NCBI RefSeq assembly: GCF_009834535.1
Contig: NC_045705.1
Coordinates: 56,296,001 to 56,360,000 of the forward strand
Length of the DNA: 64,000 nt
Direction of reading: 5' to 3'
Source: Camelus ferus
Lineage: Eukaryota
Positions 36,487 through 49,232 of the stretch are shown here, one piece after another (within the stretch, counting starts at the first letter, position 1; each line of letters begins with the position of its first letter). Position numbers and translations under genes: made by a program. The notes under the pieces are model-generated. The model ran no database searches, was not told the DNA's origin, and worked only from the letters and a program-made list of their open reading frames with translations.

Positions 36487-39400
36487 GGGAATGGACTCAA
36501 ATGTAAGGTGCAAATGAAGTAGCATTTTCAGTAGTTACGATGCAGTCAAATTACACACATCTGGTAAGTTGTAAAGTGGACAAGGCTTGTGGGTGAAGAT
36601 AAAACACAGGTCATTCTTGTTCTGTGTATACTCCATTTTAGAATGTATACATTTTGCTATATGGTGTCAAAACAAACTATAATTTAATTAACATAATTTT
36701 CTTCTTGGAAACTGGAGATGAGCATCAATGGTCACGTAAATTACCACCTTTTTATCCAGATACCATTTATGAGTTTTTATTCATCTAATGCTAAATAATA
36801 TTATTTCTTTAATTATCAATTAAATAATATTTACATCAGGAACAATTCAAGAAACTCAGTAGTACTGCTGAAAGATGAGTCGCTGAGGCTTTTTTTTTTT
36901 TTTCTTAAAATAGAGCAAAGAAAGCTGTTACATTATGAATAGTATTTATTGGTATGTTTCAATGTTTTTTGGGTAAAGAGTGCCTTTGATAAAATCGACA
37001 CAAACAGATCTGCGGTTACTTAATATATACCTTTTCTTTTAAGCGTTATCACTTCTTTACACTTAAAATGTTTCTAGTTTCCTGCCACATACTTAGTAAA
37101 ATAATAGGTGTCATGCCTTTACTCTTTTAACCTACCTAGCATGAGTGAAGTCTATTTTGCTTTATACAAGAGGACCTAGCAAAACTTTACCAAGAAAAAT
37201 TACTGCTGGGCCTTGTATGAAGACAAGTAGAAACTTTCAGCGGTGGGAAGATGTTTAAGAAAGCAGCGTACACAGGCGTGGGGATAAGTATGTCAAATGC
37301 AACATGTCTTTGCACTGATGCTCACACCTGCTTTAAGTATTTTGTTGATCATTACACAATCAAGTTGCTAGGGGTATTACTCATTCAGTAAATATACATT
37401 TAACACTAATGAAATGCCAGCCATGATGCTAGACCCTGAAGACACAGAAAAATGCACCAATTTTCTGCTCAATCCCGGGCATATTTCTCTGTAAGGGAAT
37501 ATGTACACAATTACAAGTCAAGTAGGTATTTAATTACAGTATCACATTTAATTTGCTCATATGAATAGTGCTAGTTGTCTTCAGATAGTCTCTCAATTAA
37601 TTCTCCCAACAATCTTTGAGAATAGGTGTTTTCACATTTTACACATGAGGAAGTGAGATTGAGAGCAGTAAGCAACTTACTCAAAGTCATACAGTTTCTA
37701 AGTGGAAGAAATAGATTCAGATTTAGCTCTGTTGATTCTGAAGCCTGTGAATTGAGCCTAGAGTCGTGGCTCAGAGTGTCCCAGGCTTGCAAGCAAATTC
37801 CAGAAAGAAGGAAGGAACCACAATGATTCTAAGACACGGAGGTATGAGACAGAAACTAGGAGTCAATATTGCAGAAACCGTAAGGAAGAAGTTCATCTTG
37901 CCAAGATGAAACCAGATGGAGAGGCAGATTTAGACTTAAATTGCAAGACTGATAATGGAGTTTTCATTTTCAATGTTATAAAATTACTTGAAAATTGGTG
38001 GCTTGTGCAATACAGATATCAGCCGAGTCCTCTCTCTATATAGATATAGATATAGATATCTAAATGGAAAATGTGAATCCCAGACAGGACACATTATCAT
38101 CAATTCGCCTACAAGGAAAAAATAATAGAGCTTTTATTTATATTTAAGTTCATCTTATCCTTCCAAAATGTTATTTTTCCTAATGTGTTAGCATAGATGT
38201 AGTATATTAGTACAGTGGTCCCTGTATACAATTTTTGAATGAATTAATATATTAAGGAGCATCCACTTTTTTTCTTATACAGTTGCGTAACCCAAAACTT
38301 GAAAACTACCACTCTGGACTAAAGATAAAAGCCAGCCCCCCATGGATTATATTTACAATGTTCAAATACTGTGGTAACAGAGGCAATTAACAGAAAGTAC
38401 CCATTAAATGACATCTTCTTTGATTCTGCAATGGGGCCACGTAGTGGCAAGATGAAAAGCCTAACTTCTTTCCCAGCAATACCCACATACTCCACGTTCT
38501 CACTGTGCACTCCCTTCCCCAGTTCCTGCAGTCTCAGTGTGTCTCCACCGCAACATGAAAGTGGTGTTTTCAATGGGTCAGATCTCTTTCTAAATAAGAA
38601 GTCAGTATTTCTCCCCAGCCCTCCTTCAACTTGATGTATTTGGATAAATTACACATATTTAAAGTCTCCTGCTTTTAATCTCTTTGCTGATTTCAGGGCA
38701 CCCAACCACATCTCCTCCTTCCACCTTCTCCTGTTTCCTCACCTGCCTTCCTTCACTTCTTCCTCTCACGCATGATGTGGATATTTCTCCAAGTTCTCCC
38801 CTTGTCATTCGGTTGCCTCAGTAAATTTCTTTCTCCAAGTTGCCATTCATTCCAATGGCTTTAAAATGGAGTCCATGTGGATCTCTGTCTCTCTTTCCCT
38901 CTGTCTCCTTCTCCCTTTCTCTCTCAAGATCGAATTCTTAATTTTTAACTGCCTTTGCAAAATCTCTAAATGGAGGTTTTGATATAGGACAAAATCCCAC
39001 ACAATCTTTGCTTTAATTCTTTTAAGATGTACTTGGACATATTGTCTCCTGTGCTTACCATTTTCTTCCTTGTAAGGAAAGTACCCCCCATCCCATCTCA
39101 CCCTCATAAATCTGATACAAACATGTATCTTACATTTGCAAGGGGGCTAAAATAGAGTGGTCTTGCTTTTCGCTACAGTAATCACTTTCCCTTTCTTTAA
39201 AGGTATGAACAGTCTCCATTTATATAACATTCAAAAATGTACTGGCACCCATCCAGAAACTAAGTCTTTGATTCTGTCTTTGACTGGCCTCTGTCATCCA
39301 CGTCCCTGGTAATCACTCTGGTTTGTCCCTGGGGATGCTTGCTCTTGGAACTGAGCCACCGTGCATCTCTTGGTAGCAAAATATCACCCATGGGGGTTGT

Positions 39401-39734
39401 GTTATTATGTTAATCAGTCCTATTGTTAGATTTGTTGTTACTATCCAAGAAGAGGACAAATTATGCAAATGTATTGTCATTTTCATATATAGGTCCCCCC
39501 TCAGTTTCTAAAATTGCAATTGTTAAGAAAAGACAATAAATATTGTATCTAGTTTCAGATTTTAAGCTATGTTTTCTTCTAAGCTGCTCATTCTCGAAAT
39601 GAATTAAACTGCTATCCAGACCCTAGATTTAGTAATAGAGTTCACACTCTCTCAAGGTTAATTTCAATCTGAGCAAAAAATAGCTCTGACACTAATGATG
39701 GCAAGTATGTGTATATTAACATCACCTAGTTTTT

Positions 39735-39835
39735 CCTAATTTTTTTTTTTAGTGGAGATACTGGGGATTGAACCCAGGACCTCATGCATGCTAAGCATGC
39801 GCACTACCTCTATGAATATTCATTATCCATACCCC
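39735..39835 (-). mobile_element. tRNA-derived SINE (Vic-1-like, camelid)
   Basis: Reverse strand reads GGGG...GGTAGTGCGCATGCTTAGCATGCATGAGGTCCTGGGTTCAATCCCCAGTATCTCCACT followed by poly(A), with an intact B box (GGTTCAATCC). Flanking repeat tcacctagttttt at 39722-39734 and 39858-39870. Confidence 0.85.
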
Positions 39836-40633
39836 TTTTTTTCACTAATTTTTTTTTTCACCTAGTTTTTAGAAAAAGTTTTCCTTCTTCCCTCAGCCCA
39901 GCAGCCCTGGTATGGAATGAGCCAAGAACAGGTGTTCTTATATGCCACTATATGGACTTTTTAATGTGTGTATATACCTGTGTATATGAATAGAGTATGG
40001 GTGGGGTTATGTGGGTCTAGGAATATCTACCTCTATGAGGTTTCAAGAGTGTTTAAAAATACATTGGTTTTTATACCAGTTGTATAAGCGAATGTGTCAG
40101 CATTCTGGTGGTAAAGTATGTATGCACACGTGTTTAGATGTGTGAATTCACATGTGTGAATCCATCCCACTGCTGTGAGGTGTGATGTGTGTGTTTCTGT
40201 GGGGGTACACATCTATTTGGATGGATTTATATGGAAGCACATGCATGACTGAAAGTGGTTACACATTCTTGTTTGTATCTCCATGTGTGCATTTTTCAAA
40301 TGATATGTGATACTTATCTATGAAAATATAGATAAGAAAATATATACAAATGGGATGACATTGCATCCCAAAGCCTGTTGCAATCCACCTAATACAGGAT
40401 TGCCTGTATTTCTTTCTACTTTTAAATTGTGATTACTCAAGAGCTATTTTCTAAAGCAATGCCTCTTTTCATTAGGACAGTGGACACTGCTGTTCAAAAA
40501 GTACAGAGTGTTTGCCACCAGGGTGACTACATAGAGCTTAAGCACAAATTCAAATAGAAAGAACTAGGAGATAAGCCTAGAAGTGTGCCTATCTGTACAC
40601 AAAGTCCCACCTTTGTTTCTTCATCTTCAACAC

Positions 40634-41127
40634 TGTATTAGTTTCCTGCCACTGCTATAACAAATTACCACAAATTTAGTGGCTTAAAACAACATGAATT
40701 ATTATCTTACCATTCTACAAGTCAGAAGTCTACAATGGGTTTCTCTAGGCTTAAATCAAGATTGTCAACAGGGCAGTGTTTCTGGAGGCTCCAGGGGAGA
40801 ATTCATTTTCTTATTTTTCCAACTTCTAGAAGCTGGTCTTATTTTTGCTTTGTGACCCCTTGCAATGCTGACAACAGCAAGTCAAGTCATTCTTCCAGCA
40901 CATCACTCTGACATTGATCTTCCGCCTCCCCATTCTAGGGCTAAGGGACCCTTGTGATTACTCCAGCCCCACCCATGTAATCCAGGATGATCACTTTATC
41001 TTAAAGTCATTTTTATAGCAACTTAAATTCTGTAATCTTAATTCTCCTTTGCCACATATCATATTTTCACAGTTTCCAGGGATCAGGTCATGGAAATTTG
41101 TGGAAGTCCATTATTTTGTCTACCACA
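40634..41127 (-). mobile_element. MLT1-type (MaLR) solo LTR
   Basis: tgtattagtttcct...aacaaattaccacaaatttagtggcttaaaacaac...taatccaggatgat...ctaccaca. Confidence 0.88.
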
Positions 41128-43838
41128 GTCTCTGATTTTGCGAGTGGGATATGTGCATCGGGGAGCTGACGTAGAAGCCAAATGAAAGACTTCCGATAAA
41201 ATTGGAGCTATTGTTTTGTTTTGTTTTGTTTTTTTGACATGGCAAAGAGCAAAACTCAGGTTATTGAACAGGGTAAAAAGAAGTAATAGTCTATCTACAT
41301 TCCTGAAGCTAATATAGAGAAAGAACTTGAAATTATATCTGGCCCTATGAATTTAGCCTTGGGGCTCTGATTAGAGGATAATCAAGGCACTAAAAGGATT
41401 AAATTCACATATCAATGAACTCAAAAACATGCTGACCTTGGACCATCCTCATCTGGGAAGGCAGATGGTACATCCCACTTTCCAGGTACCTAGAAAACAT
41501 CCCTGCTGTTTACATGCTTGTCTCCATCATTACACTACCCTTTTTTCTGTACTTAAGTATTTTTTTTTAATTGAGAATAATAATAACAACAGTAATAATA
41601 CCAATTTATTGAATGCTTGTCATTTCCAGGTCCTGGACCAAGCCTTAATAACTCCTTTAATATTCATTACCCTATAAAATAAGCACTTGTCCCATCCAGA
41701 TTTTGTAGGTTGGAACAACTAGCATGGAATAAATTTGGTGTCTTATCTGTATTACACAGTCGTAAGTGGCAAAGGCAGGATAAACCCAAGCCCTTGCTCT
41801 CAATATATTTACTCACAGAGTTAATTCTGGGTGTAATGAGGCAGTATTTAAAATATGAGTTATGGAGTTATTGTTTAGTGGATGGCAACACACCCAGGAC
41901 TACTGCTGCTGGTGCTGCAGCTTTCATCATCCTTATCTTCAAAGGAGAAGCGTGAAGGAGACGGAAAGGGGATATAGGGAAGCCACAAACTCCCTCATCT
42001 GTACCCTTGCGTCTGAGGTCAGCCTTTATGTACTTATGGCACACAGACAACAGCTATGCAGGGCATTCCGTCTGTCTCTAAAATGGACAGTATGATCTAG
42101 AGATTGGGGGCATCAGTTGAATTTCAGGCACTGCATTGGGTGAAAACACCCAAGACCTGAAAGTCCTCAAAGAGTTTTGTTCATCCCCTGAGGATATTGG
42201 TCACTTTGCACTGTTTCTAGGACCTTTCCCCTCATGCTGGAAAGAGCAGGTTGAGACCTAGCCTCTTAACAGCAACTGCTGGCAATTCCTGCTCCAGACC
42301 CAGGGCTGTAATAGTGTTGACAAGCTCTTAACAACTTCCTCCAGGAGTGGTAGAGCTCCACTCTCCCCACAAAACCCAGAAGGTTTAAATGATATTTAGC
42401 ACTCATATTATTTTATTAATTGTCTGCAATGTGCTCTTGTTTCTTATAGAGTTAAGAAAAAAATACTTTGGGGTGTGTGTGCGTGTGAACCTATCTAAAA
42501 TTAACTCAGAAAGACCTGGTGAACATGAAAGGAGTATTAAAATGGAAATACTCTTTTCTTGTAAACACAGTCTTACTAAATGAGTCTCAGCTAAGCTAGT
42601 GTCTACCCTAACAAACTTCTAAAATAGCTACCAATTTGAGTAGTAGATACTGTCACCACAAAAGATGCAAAGAATTTTTTATGTTATATTTTCACAATCA
42701 AGTGGTAAATATTTTAGAAAAGGTGATTTGGATCATGTAAAGGAATATAGACAGCTCACTGCATACATGTGCCTTTGTTCTCCTACGTCATATGCTTTGT
42801 TGTCAAATAAAACTCATAGTGATTTTTTAACCTTCTACTCTGAGTGTCATCCCGATCTGCCTCACCCATTTTCCCTATCTCCCACAATATGGATAGTGTC
42901 CAGGATTCCCCCAGGAAGTCTGCCCAGCTGAGCCTTAGCCAGCAAATGAACAGCTCTGAGACTTGATATCTTCATCTGGAAATCCCTCACAGGGAGACTG
43001 TAGTTATTCAATAAGACAACACGTAAAAGGCTCTGGTACTGTGTCCTTTACTTAGTGGACAGTCTGAAATACATGTTTTCTTATTCTTATGCATTCAATA
43101 TTTTTGGCTCTCTATAATCACACAGCATTCTGTAGTTTGCAAGTAATTGTCCTTATATGATTAAATTTAATTTCATAACAATACTGAACGTTAAGTGATA
43201 ATATTTCCATTTTAAAAATAAAGAAATTGCCACTAGGAGAGGGGAAGAGAGTACCCAGTGTCACTCATGGAACAGCTAAATGTCACCCTCAATCTGTTGA
43301 TCCCGAGTTATGCAATATGGTTGGCCCCTGCTCAGTTATATGCATTTATATTCTTAATCCTAAAATTTGAACATCTTTCTAATTCATATTTTATTTAATA
43401 ATGCATTATCCCCAGGTGTTCTCTTATTATTTAATGAGTATAGTTCATTTTCTCCTATTAAGCTAATGGAGGCCATTCCTAACTCTTGAGTTAGAATGTT
43501 AAATTAAATAAATTTAATGAGTTTTCATTTAAAAGGCATAAAACTTGTGGCCTATTTATGTTCAAAAGAGTTATTAAAAAGTGGAATTATTAATATTCCC
43601 TGCTGTTATATGCCACAGGACAGTCCATTGAACAGTTCCTATAGATGCCACTCTTTCTAAACTGGGCAAAAGATGAATTGGTACAGGAAAAGGAAAGTAT
43701 GTTCTGAGAGCAGGGAACTCTCTCTTTGCCCAATTCAAATCACACAGAACATAGGAAAAAGTAGAAACCTTTATTTTTTGTCATAGCCATAGTTGAGCCT
43801 TTACAGAATAGATTCTCCCTCTCTCCAACTGGCAGACC

Positions 43839-44795
43839 CTAACCCCCTTCAGTGATCTTGGTTTGAACAAATATCTGGATGATCTTCCTCCGTATCTCTT
43901 TGGTCTTCACCGTATAGACTATGGGGTTTAGAACAGGGGGTACAAGGAGGTAGGCATTAGCCATGAGGACATGAGTCAGTGGTGAAAGGTGCCTTCCAAA
44001 ACGATGAATGACAGACACCCCAATGAGTGGCACATAGAAGATGAGCACAGCACAGGTGTGTGAAACACAGGTGTTGAGCGCCTTCAGCCGGCCCTCCCCT
44101 GAGGCAATTGCCATTACTGTTCTGAGTATGAACACGTAGGAGAGGAGGATGGAGAGGGAGTCCAAACCCTTGGTGAAGATGACAGCAATGAGGCCATAGA
44201 GACTGTTGACATGGGTGCTGGCACAGGCAAGGCGCATGACATCTTGGTGGAGGCAGAAGGAGTGAGAAAGGAGGGTGGAGCCGTAGAAGGGGCGCCGCTT
44301 GATGAGGAAAGGCACAGGGAAGACCACGCAGACTGCCCTTGTCAAGATGACGGCCCCTGTTCTGCAGACCACACCATTGGTTAGGATGGCACTATACCTG
44401 AGGGGCTTCCAGATTGCCACAACCCGATCAAAGGCCATGGCCACCAGCACACCAGACTCAATGGCTGAGAAGGTATGGATGAAGTACATCTGAATGAGGC
44501 AGGCATCAAAATCAATGGACTTGTAGTTAAACCAAAATATGCCTAGCATAGAGGGCATAGTACACAAGGCAAGTCCCACGTCTGCCAATGCCAGCATACA
44601 CAGAAAGTAGTACATGGGCACATGCAGGGACAAGTCAGACTTGATGGTAGAGATGATGACACCATTGCCAAAGAGGGCAATGACATATAGAGCACCCAGT
44701 GGGAATGCCATCCAGTGATGCTTTTGTTCGAGCCCTGGAATTCCAGCTAAGACAAGGTAAAGGTGTTGGAAGTGGGAGTGGTTATGATCTGCCAT
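43839..44795 (-). CDS. Class I olfactory receptor, OR51H subfamily (318 aa, intact)
   Basis: ATG at 44795 (MADHNHSHF, sequon NHS); LHVPMYYFL, MAFDRVVAIWKPLRY, SHSFCLHQD, LACAS, KALNTCVSH, HRFG, PPVLNPIVYTVKT. Candidate acceptor atatttttag with AG at 44855-44854. The TM4 segment AVCVVFPVPFLIKR is shared with OR51H1. Confidence 0.92.
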   Translation of the reverse strand: MADHNHSHFQHLYLVLAGIPGLEQKHHWMAFPLGALYVIALFGNGVIISTIKSDLSLHVPMYYFLCMLALADVGLALCTMPSMLGIFWFNYKSIDFDACLIQMYFIHTFSAIESGVLVAMAFDRVVAIWKPLRYSAILTNGVVCRTGAVILTRAVCVVFPVPFLIKRRPFYGSTLLSHSFCLHQDVMRLACASTHVNSLYGLIAVIFTKGLDSLSILLSYVFILRTVMAIASGEGRLKALNTCVSHTCAVLIFYVPLIGVSVIHRFGRHLSPLTHVLMANAYLLVPPVLNPIVYTVKTKEIRRKIIQIFVQTKITEGG

Positions 44796-47700
44796 GACAT
44801 CAATGTGACCTAGGCATGAGGAGGGGACTTGTGAGATCCTGATGGATGTCTTCCTAAAAATATAGTGACAAGGATTAGAATCTGACTTTCCTGGGAGTAG
44901 AGCCATTTTATCTTCACATGGGTGGGAGAGACTGTCAGAGAGGACTGAATCCCTGAAATTACTGCTCCAAGGAATATCTACTGGCCCAAAAGAAAAGACT
45001 CACCCAAGTCAGATAAGTCCCATATTCAATTTAAAGCACACACTGGAGTGCCAATGCATTGTTAGTAAAATGTATTGCTTCCCCTGTCCTCTTCTCTCTC
45101 TTTCTAATCAATTCCTACAAGCTTTTGAGTTAGAGGCTGAGGACACAGTAACTAAGACAGAATTGATATAAAGTATAAATTGGTTGATTCCTCACAAAGG
45201 ATGCCATGTCCACCCATCACACTGCTTTTGCCCGGAACTCTCATGAAGACAACAGATTGCTTATATAGGGCGGGGCTAGAAATGCCCAGGCCTTCTTTTA
45301 ACCATAACCCTCCTTCATTTCCTCTGAGCCTGGATGTGGCCTCAGAATCATTCTCAACCCAGGAGCCTCAGACTGCCACTTCTAATCACGGGAAATGAAA
45401 GGTACTTGATGTGTCAAATCTAATGAAATCTTAGTAGAAGGGTAAGTAAGTTATATTTAGGAAAGCGACAACAGCAATTCTTTGTTTTAGACTAACGTAT
45501 TTCGTCCAAAAGGAAGTGAAGTCCCCAAGGCTCACCCCAATCAGGATCATCTGGAAATTGGATTACTAAGGCACAGTGAGCATTCACAGTGCCTTGTTAC
45601 ACTCAGAGAGTCAGTATAGAGGCCCTAGTAGAGATCTGGAAGACATGCTCATATGACCAGAATCAGTAACTACACTTATTCCAAAGGGCCCCCTGAGGGA
45701 CTCAATCAACTTTCTACATGAATGCCAATTCGAGGTAGAGCATACTGTCCTTGAGAAGCTCTCAAACCTTAAGACACTCCTCAGCTGCCTTCGTCAATTG
45801 ATTAGAATCAAGTTGACTAAGAGGCAAGGGAGTGTTAGGAACATAGACTCCAGATCCACACGTCTTGTAATCGAATTCTAGCTTCCCCTGCTCCTCAGTC
45901 TAGCCGTATCTATGTAACACATGCACAACAGTGCCTACTCCATAGGAGCAGTGTGAGGAATATAACCGAGAGGCCTTAGTAAGCAAACGGCGTGCTTTTT
46001 TATTGTGAGCACTGGGAGCACATCCCCATGTTCTCAGTGCTGGTACTGGGTTTTTCATTTGCTTCTTTCTTGTTTTTTGTTTTGTTTCTTTGTCTGTTTT
46101 GGATTTTTTGGCCAGCGTTTGTTGCAGTTGGTGGAAGTGAAAACTGATGGATTCTCTTCTATCAGCAAAGAATCACATTTGCTTTTACATCCCTTATAAT
46201 TTTTGAATTATTCACCCTCTGCTCTGCAAATATCGAGTGCCTCAGCCCCAGGCGATGTATACATCTCTGGCTGATGGATGCTTGTGTGGAATCACAAACA
46301 TATCATAACTGTTTCTGAAATCTCCCAAAACATCCTCTTTCAAAGATTTCTGATTCAGATTTTCCCAGCCGTAGCCAGGGCATTTTTTCTATTTTTATAA
46401 AGTATTCATTTCTTTCCATTGCTCTTATGTAAGATAGTTAGCTGTTGGTTCAAAAGACTCTGGCCTTTTAGGCAGCATCCATTTTCTGCCCTCCCAGTAA
46501 ACTTTTGTTTTAGTTTTTTGTTTGTTTTAGTGAGTTTTGAGAAAGAAAATGTTTATTAAGTTTTTCAAGTGATTGTAATGGAGTGGAAATGAGAGAAAAT
46601 TTTAAGAGGTAAACAAATGAAAGAGGGGGAAAGAAAATAAAGTGGGGAGAGAAGGAGAGAAAAGGAATAAAAAGAGAATAACATAAATTCCAAGAATAGC
46701 AGAAGTAAAAGCTGACCTATTTCACATTTTACTAACAAAGACATCGAAGCCTAGCTAAAGAAAATGACTTGCCCTGAGTCAAAAACCTAGTTAGTAGGAA
46801 AACAGATGAGAAGAGAGGAGAAAGGAAAATTATTACTAAGTGCACTGGGAGCATGAGGGTTCAATTAGAGGAGACAAAGTCAAAATTACATCTCCTGGCC
46901 AAGATGCTTATTCGCTAATACATGTCCTTAAATTTTGTTCTTCATCAGTATTGCCCAGAATCTAGAAAACAGGTAAAGTTCAAATCTATCCCCTGAAGAT
47001 TAGGCTCTTAGATCCCAAGTTCTTCTTTTGAAAGTTTCACCTAGTCCTGATCCTCTGCTGTCCATACTGCCACATTTATGGAAAAACAAACTGTGTAAAG
47101 TGTTTTATTTCTGCCCCATAGGCTTCCACAAGCTATATGACCTCATTATAGATCCCAAGTTGAAGGAGAGGGGAACAATTAAACAAAATTATAAAATTTC
47201 TCTACTATGTGAAGACATATGATAGGCAGGCAGGACCTAAGGAGACAGGAAGAAAAGCCTTCCTGACCTAGAGAGTAATTGTGACCACCCTTCACCTGAT
47301 GGTAGAGCCATAAATTCCCTTCTCAAGAGGAAAATCCCCAAACTCCAATCATTCTAGGGTTCTAGATGAAAAAAATTTTTAAGTCCAATATCTTACTGAT
47401 ACAGAAACATTCATGCAGTATTCTATAGATGACATTTCTGCCTATTAGTTCCAGTGACTGGGAGTTCCCTAATTTCTAAGGTGATGCACTCAGCACAAAG
47501 TATCAGACACCTGCCCACCTCTTAGAAAAAGGTGACTTACTAACCAAGAGTTTAAAGAAGTCTTTGCATCTTTCCCTTAAAGCCAGCACAAATGAGAAAC
47601 TAGGCAAGAATGCAAGGAATGAAGTGCTTGGGTTGGAGAATAAAAGACAAAAGAGAGATAAGGGGACACAAAAAGAAGTGGTTGGGGGACCATCTGAAAC

Positions 47701-48038
47701 TTTAGTAATGATATCTTAAGATATTCTGTTGATAAGGCAGTTGTATCCTCTGATTTTGCTCTCAAACTTACCTTGTTGCTCAGAGTATCCCTAGCTGGAA
47801 GACGGTTCTCTAGCAGCCTGAGGCTTACTGGGCAAAACCATTAGTTACATGAGGACTTTAATTTCCCGAGCTGCCCCAAAACTCCTCCCCTACCATACCA
47901 AGGAGAGTTTCACAGATCAGTGAACAGGCTTATTCCCTGGAGCTTCCAAGATTGAGGAGGTCTCTCCAGGGCTGAAAAATCACCTCCTAGATTCTCATGT
48001 CTGGGAATTAAGATAGTATTGGGGAGGCTAGTAGGAAA

Positions 48039-48058
48039 ATGTGTGTGTGTGTGTGTGT
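48039..48058. repeat. (TG)n microsatellite
   Basis: Read directly from the sequence. Confidence 0.9.
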
Positions 48059-48765
48059 GAAGGTTGGGGGGTTTCAAAGGCTGGTCAGTACCCAATCACA
48101 CTCTGTTAGGGCCATCTTAGCCATCTCACTCTTTCCATGCCCTGAAATGAATGACAGTTGCCTTTATTTTTTTCAAAACACAGCAAAAGTAAGAAAAATA
48201 TTCCAAAGAAAGGTGACTCCATGGTTTTCCCATTCAAAAGAGATTCTAAAATTGAAATGATTCTCTAATGAATAAAGTTTTCCTGATATTTCACCTGTGT
48301 ATTTTCAGTTTTCAGTATCAACTTAATAAGTCTAATCGTGCTCTGTGCAAAAGGAAGGCAAGAGGCTCTTGAGGGAGCCATTAATAAACAGAAAGGACAA
48401 CAAATTTTCCACAATATCCAATTATCATCTGCAGATAATTCTACTGTCCCTACTTGCCCTCTGAATAATAATAATAGCATCATCAGTAGCAGTAACATTA
48501 ATAATAGCAGTAGTAACATCTAGTATAATATCTGAGCATTATCAGTCATACGTTTGCTTTATACATCACCATCATGCCTTCAACATTCCTGTGACGTGGA
48601 TATGGTATTATCATCCTTATCATTCCAAAGAGAAAAGAGGATCACACTGGGGACTGACCCAGATCCTTGACATAATTGTAATTATTTAGCTGTAGAAATT
48701 ACTCAGGATAGAAATAACAGAGCAGGGGCTCCTCACTGCCCCAGGTGTGTTCTGGACTTCCTGAT

Positions 48766-48915
48766 GTTGACAGCTGATTTATAATATGATATCATTTTAG
48801 GTGTACAGCATAGTGACTCAGAATTTTTGCTGATTAAGCTCCATTAAAAGTCATTACAAGATAATGACTATAATTCTCTGTGCTATACAATAAATATATC
48901 CTTGTTGCTTACCTC
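48766..48915 (-). mobile_element. Short L1 3' end (laurasiatherian type)
   Basis: aggtgtacagcatagtgactca...ttacaagataatgactataattctctgtgctatac...ccttgttgctta. Confidence 0.7.
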
Positions 48916-49232
48916 TTAGATGCTTCTTGAACTATACCCACACTTACCCTTTTCTTCTCAGCCTTTCAGTAAATTGCCTTTTCCCAAGTTCAGTAGTAAC
49001 CTCACTCCAGTCCCAGTGTCTTTGACTTCATTTCCTACCCGATCACTTGCTTTTCTCATTCTACCTTCTTTTTTGACAATTGAATTCATATACACATATT
49101 ACATAATATATATGCATATAAAAATTCAATATATAATATTATATACACATATATTCAACTCCATATATAAGCAGATTTCTTCCAGACCTGTATCTCTGAT
49201 ACTGATCCTTATGATAAGTTCCAGAAAATTAT

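Noticed and set aside
44796-44906. 37-aa N-terminal extension of the OR51H(-) ORF, and the similar 22-aa extension at 5994-6059
   Set aside because: Each crosses a candidate splice acceptor and is best read as chance in-frame intronic sequence.
48265-48523. Poly-Leu and poly-Asn/Ser ORFs
   Set aside because: They come from a decayed (AAT/AGC/AGT)n tract at the tail of a MIR relic.
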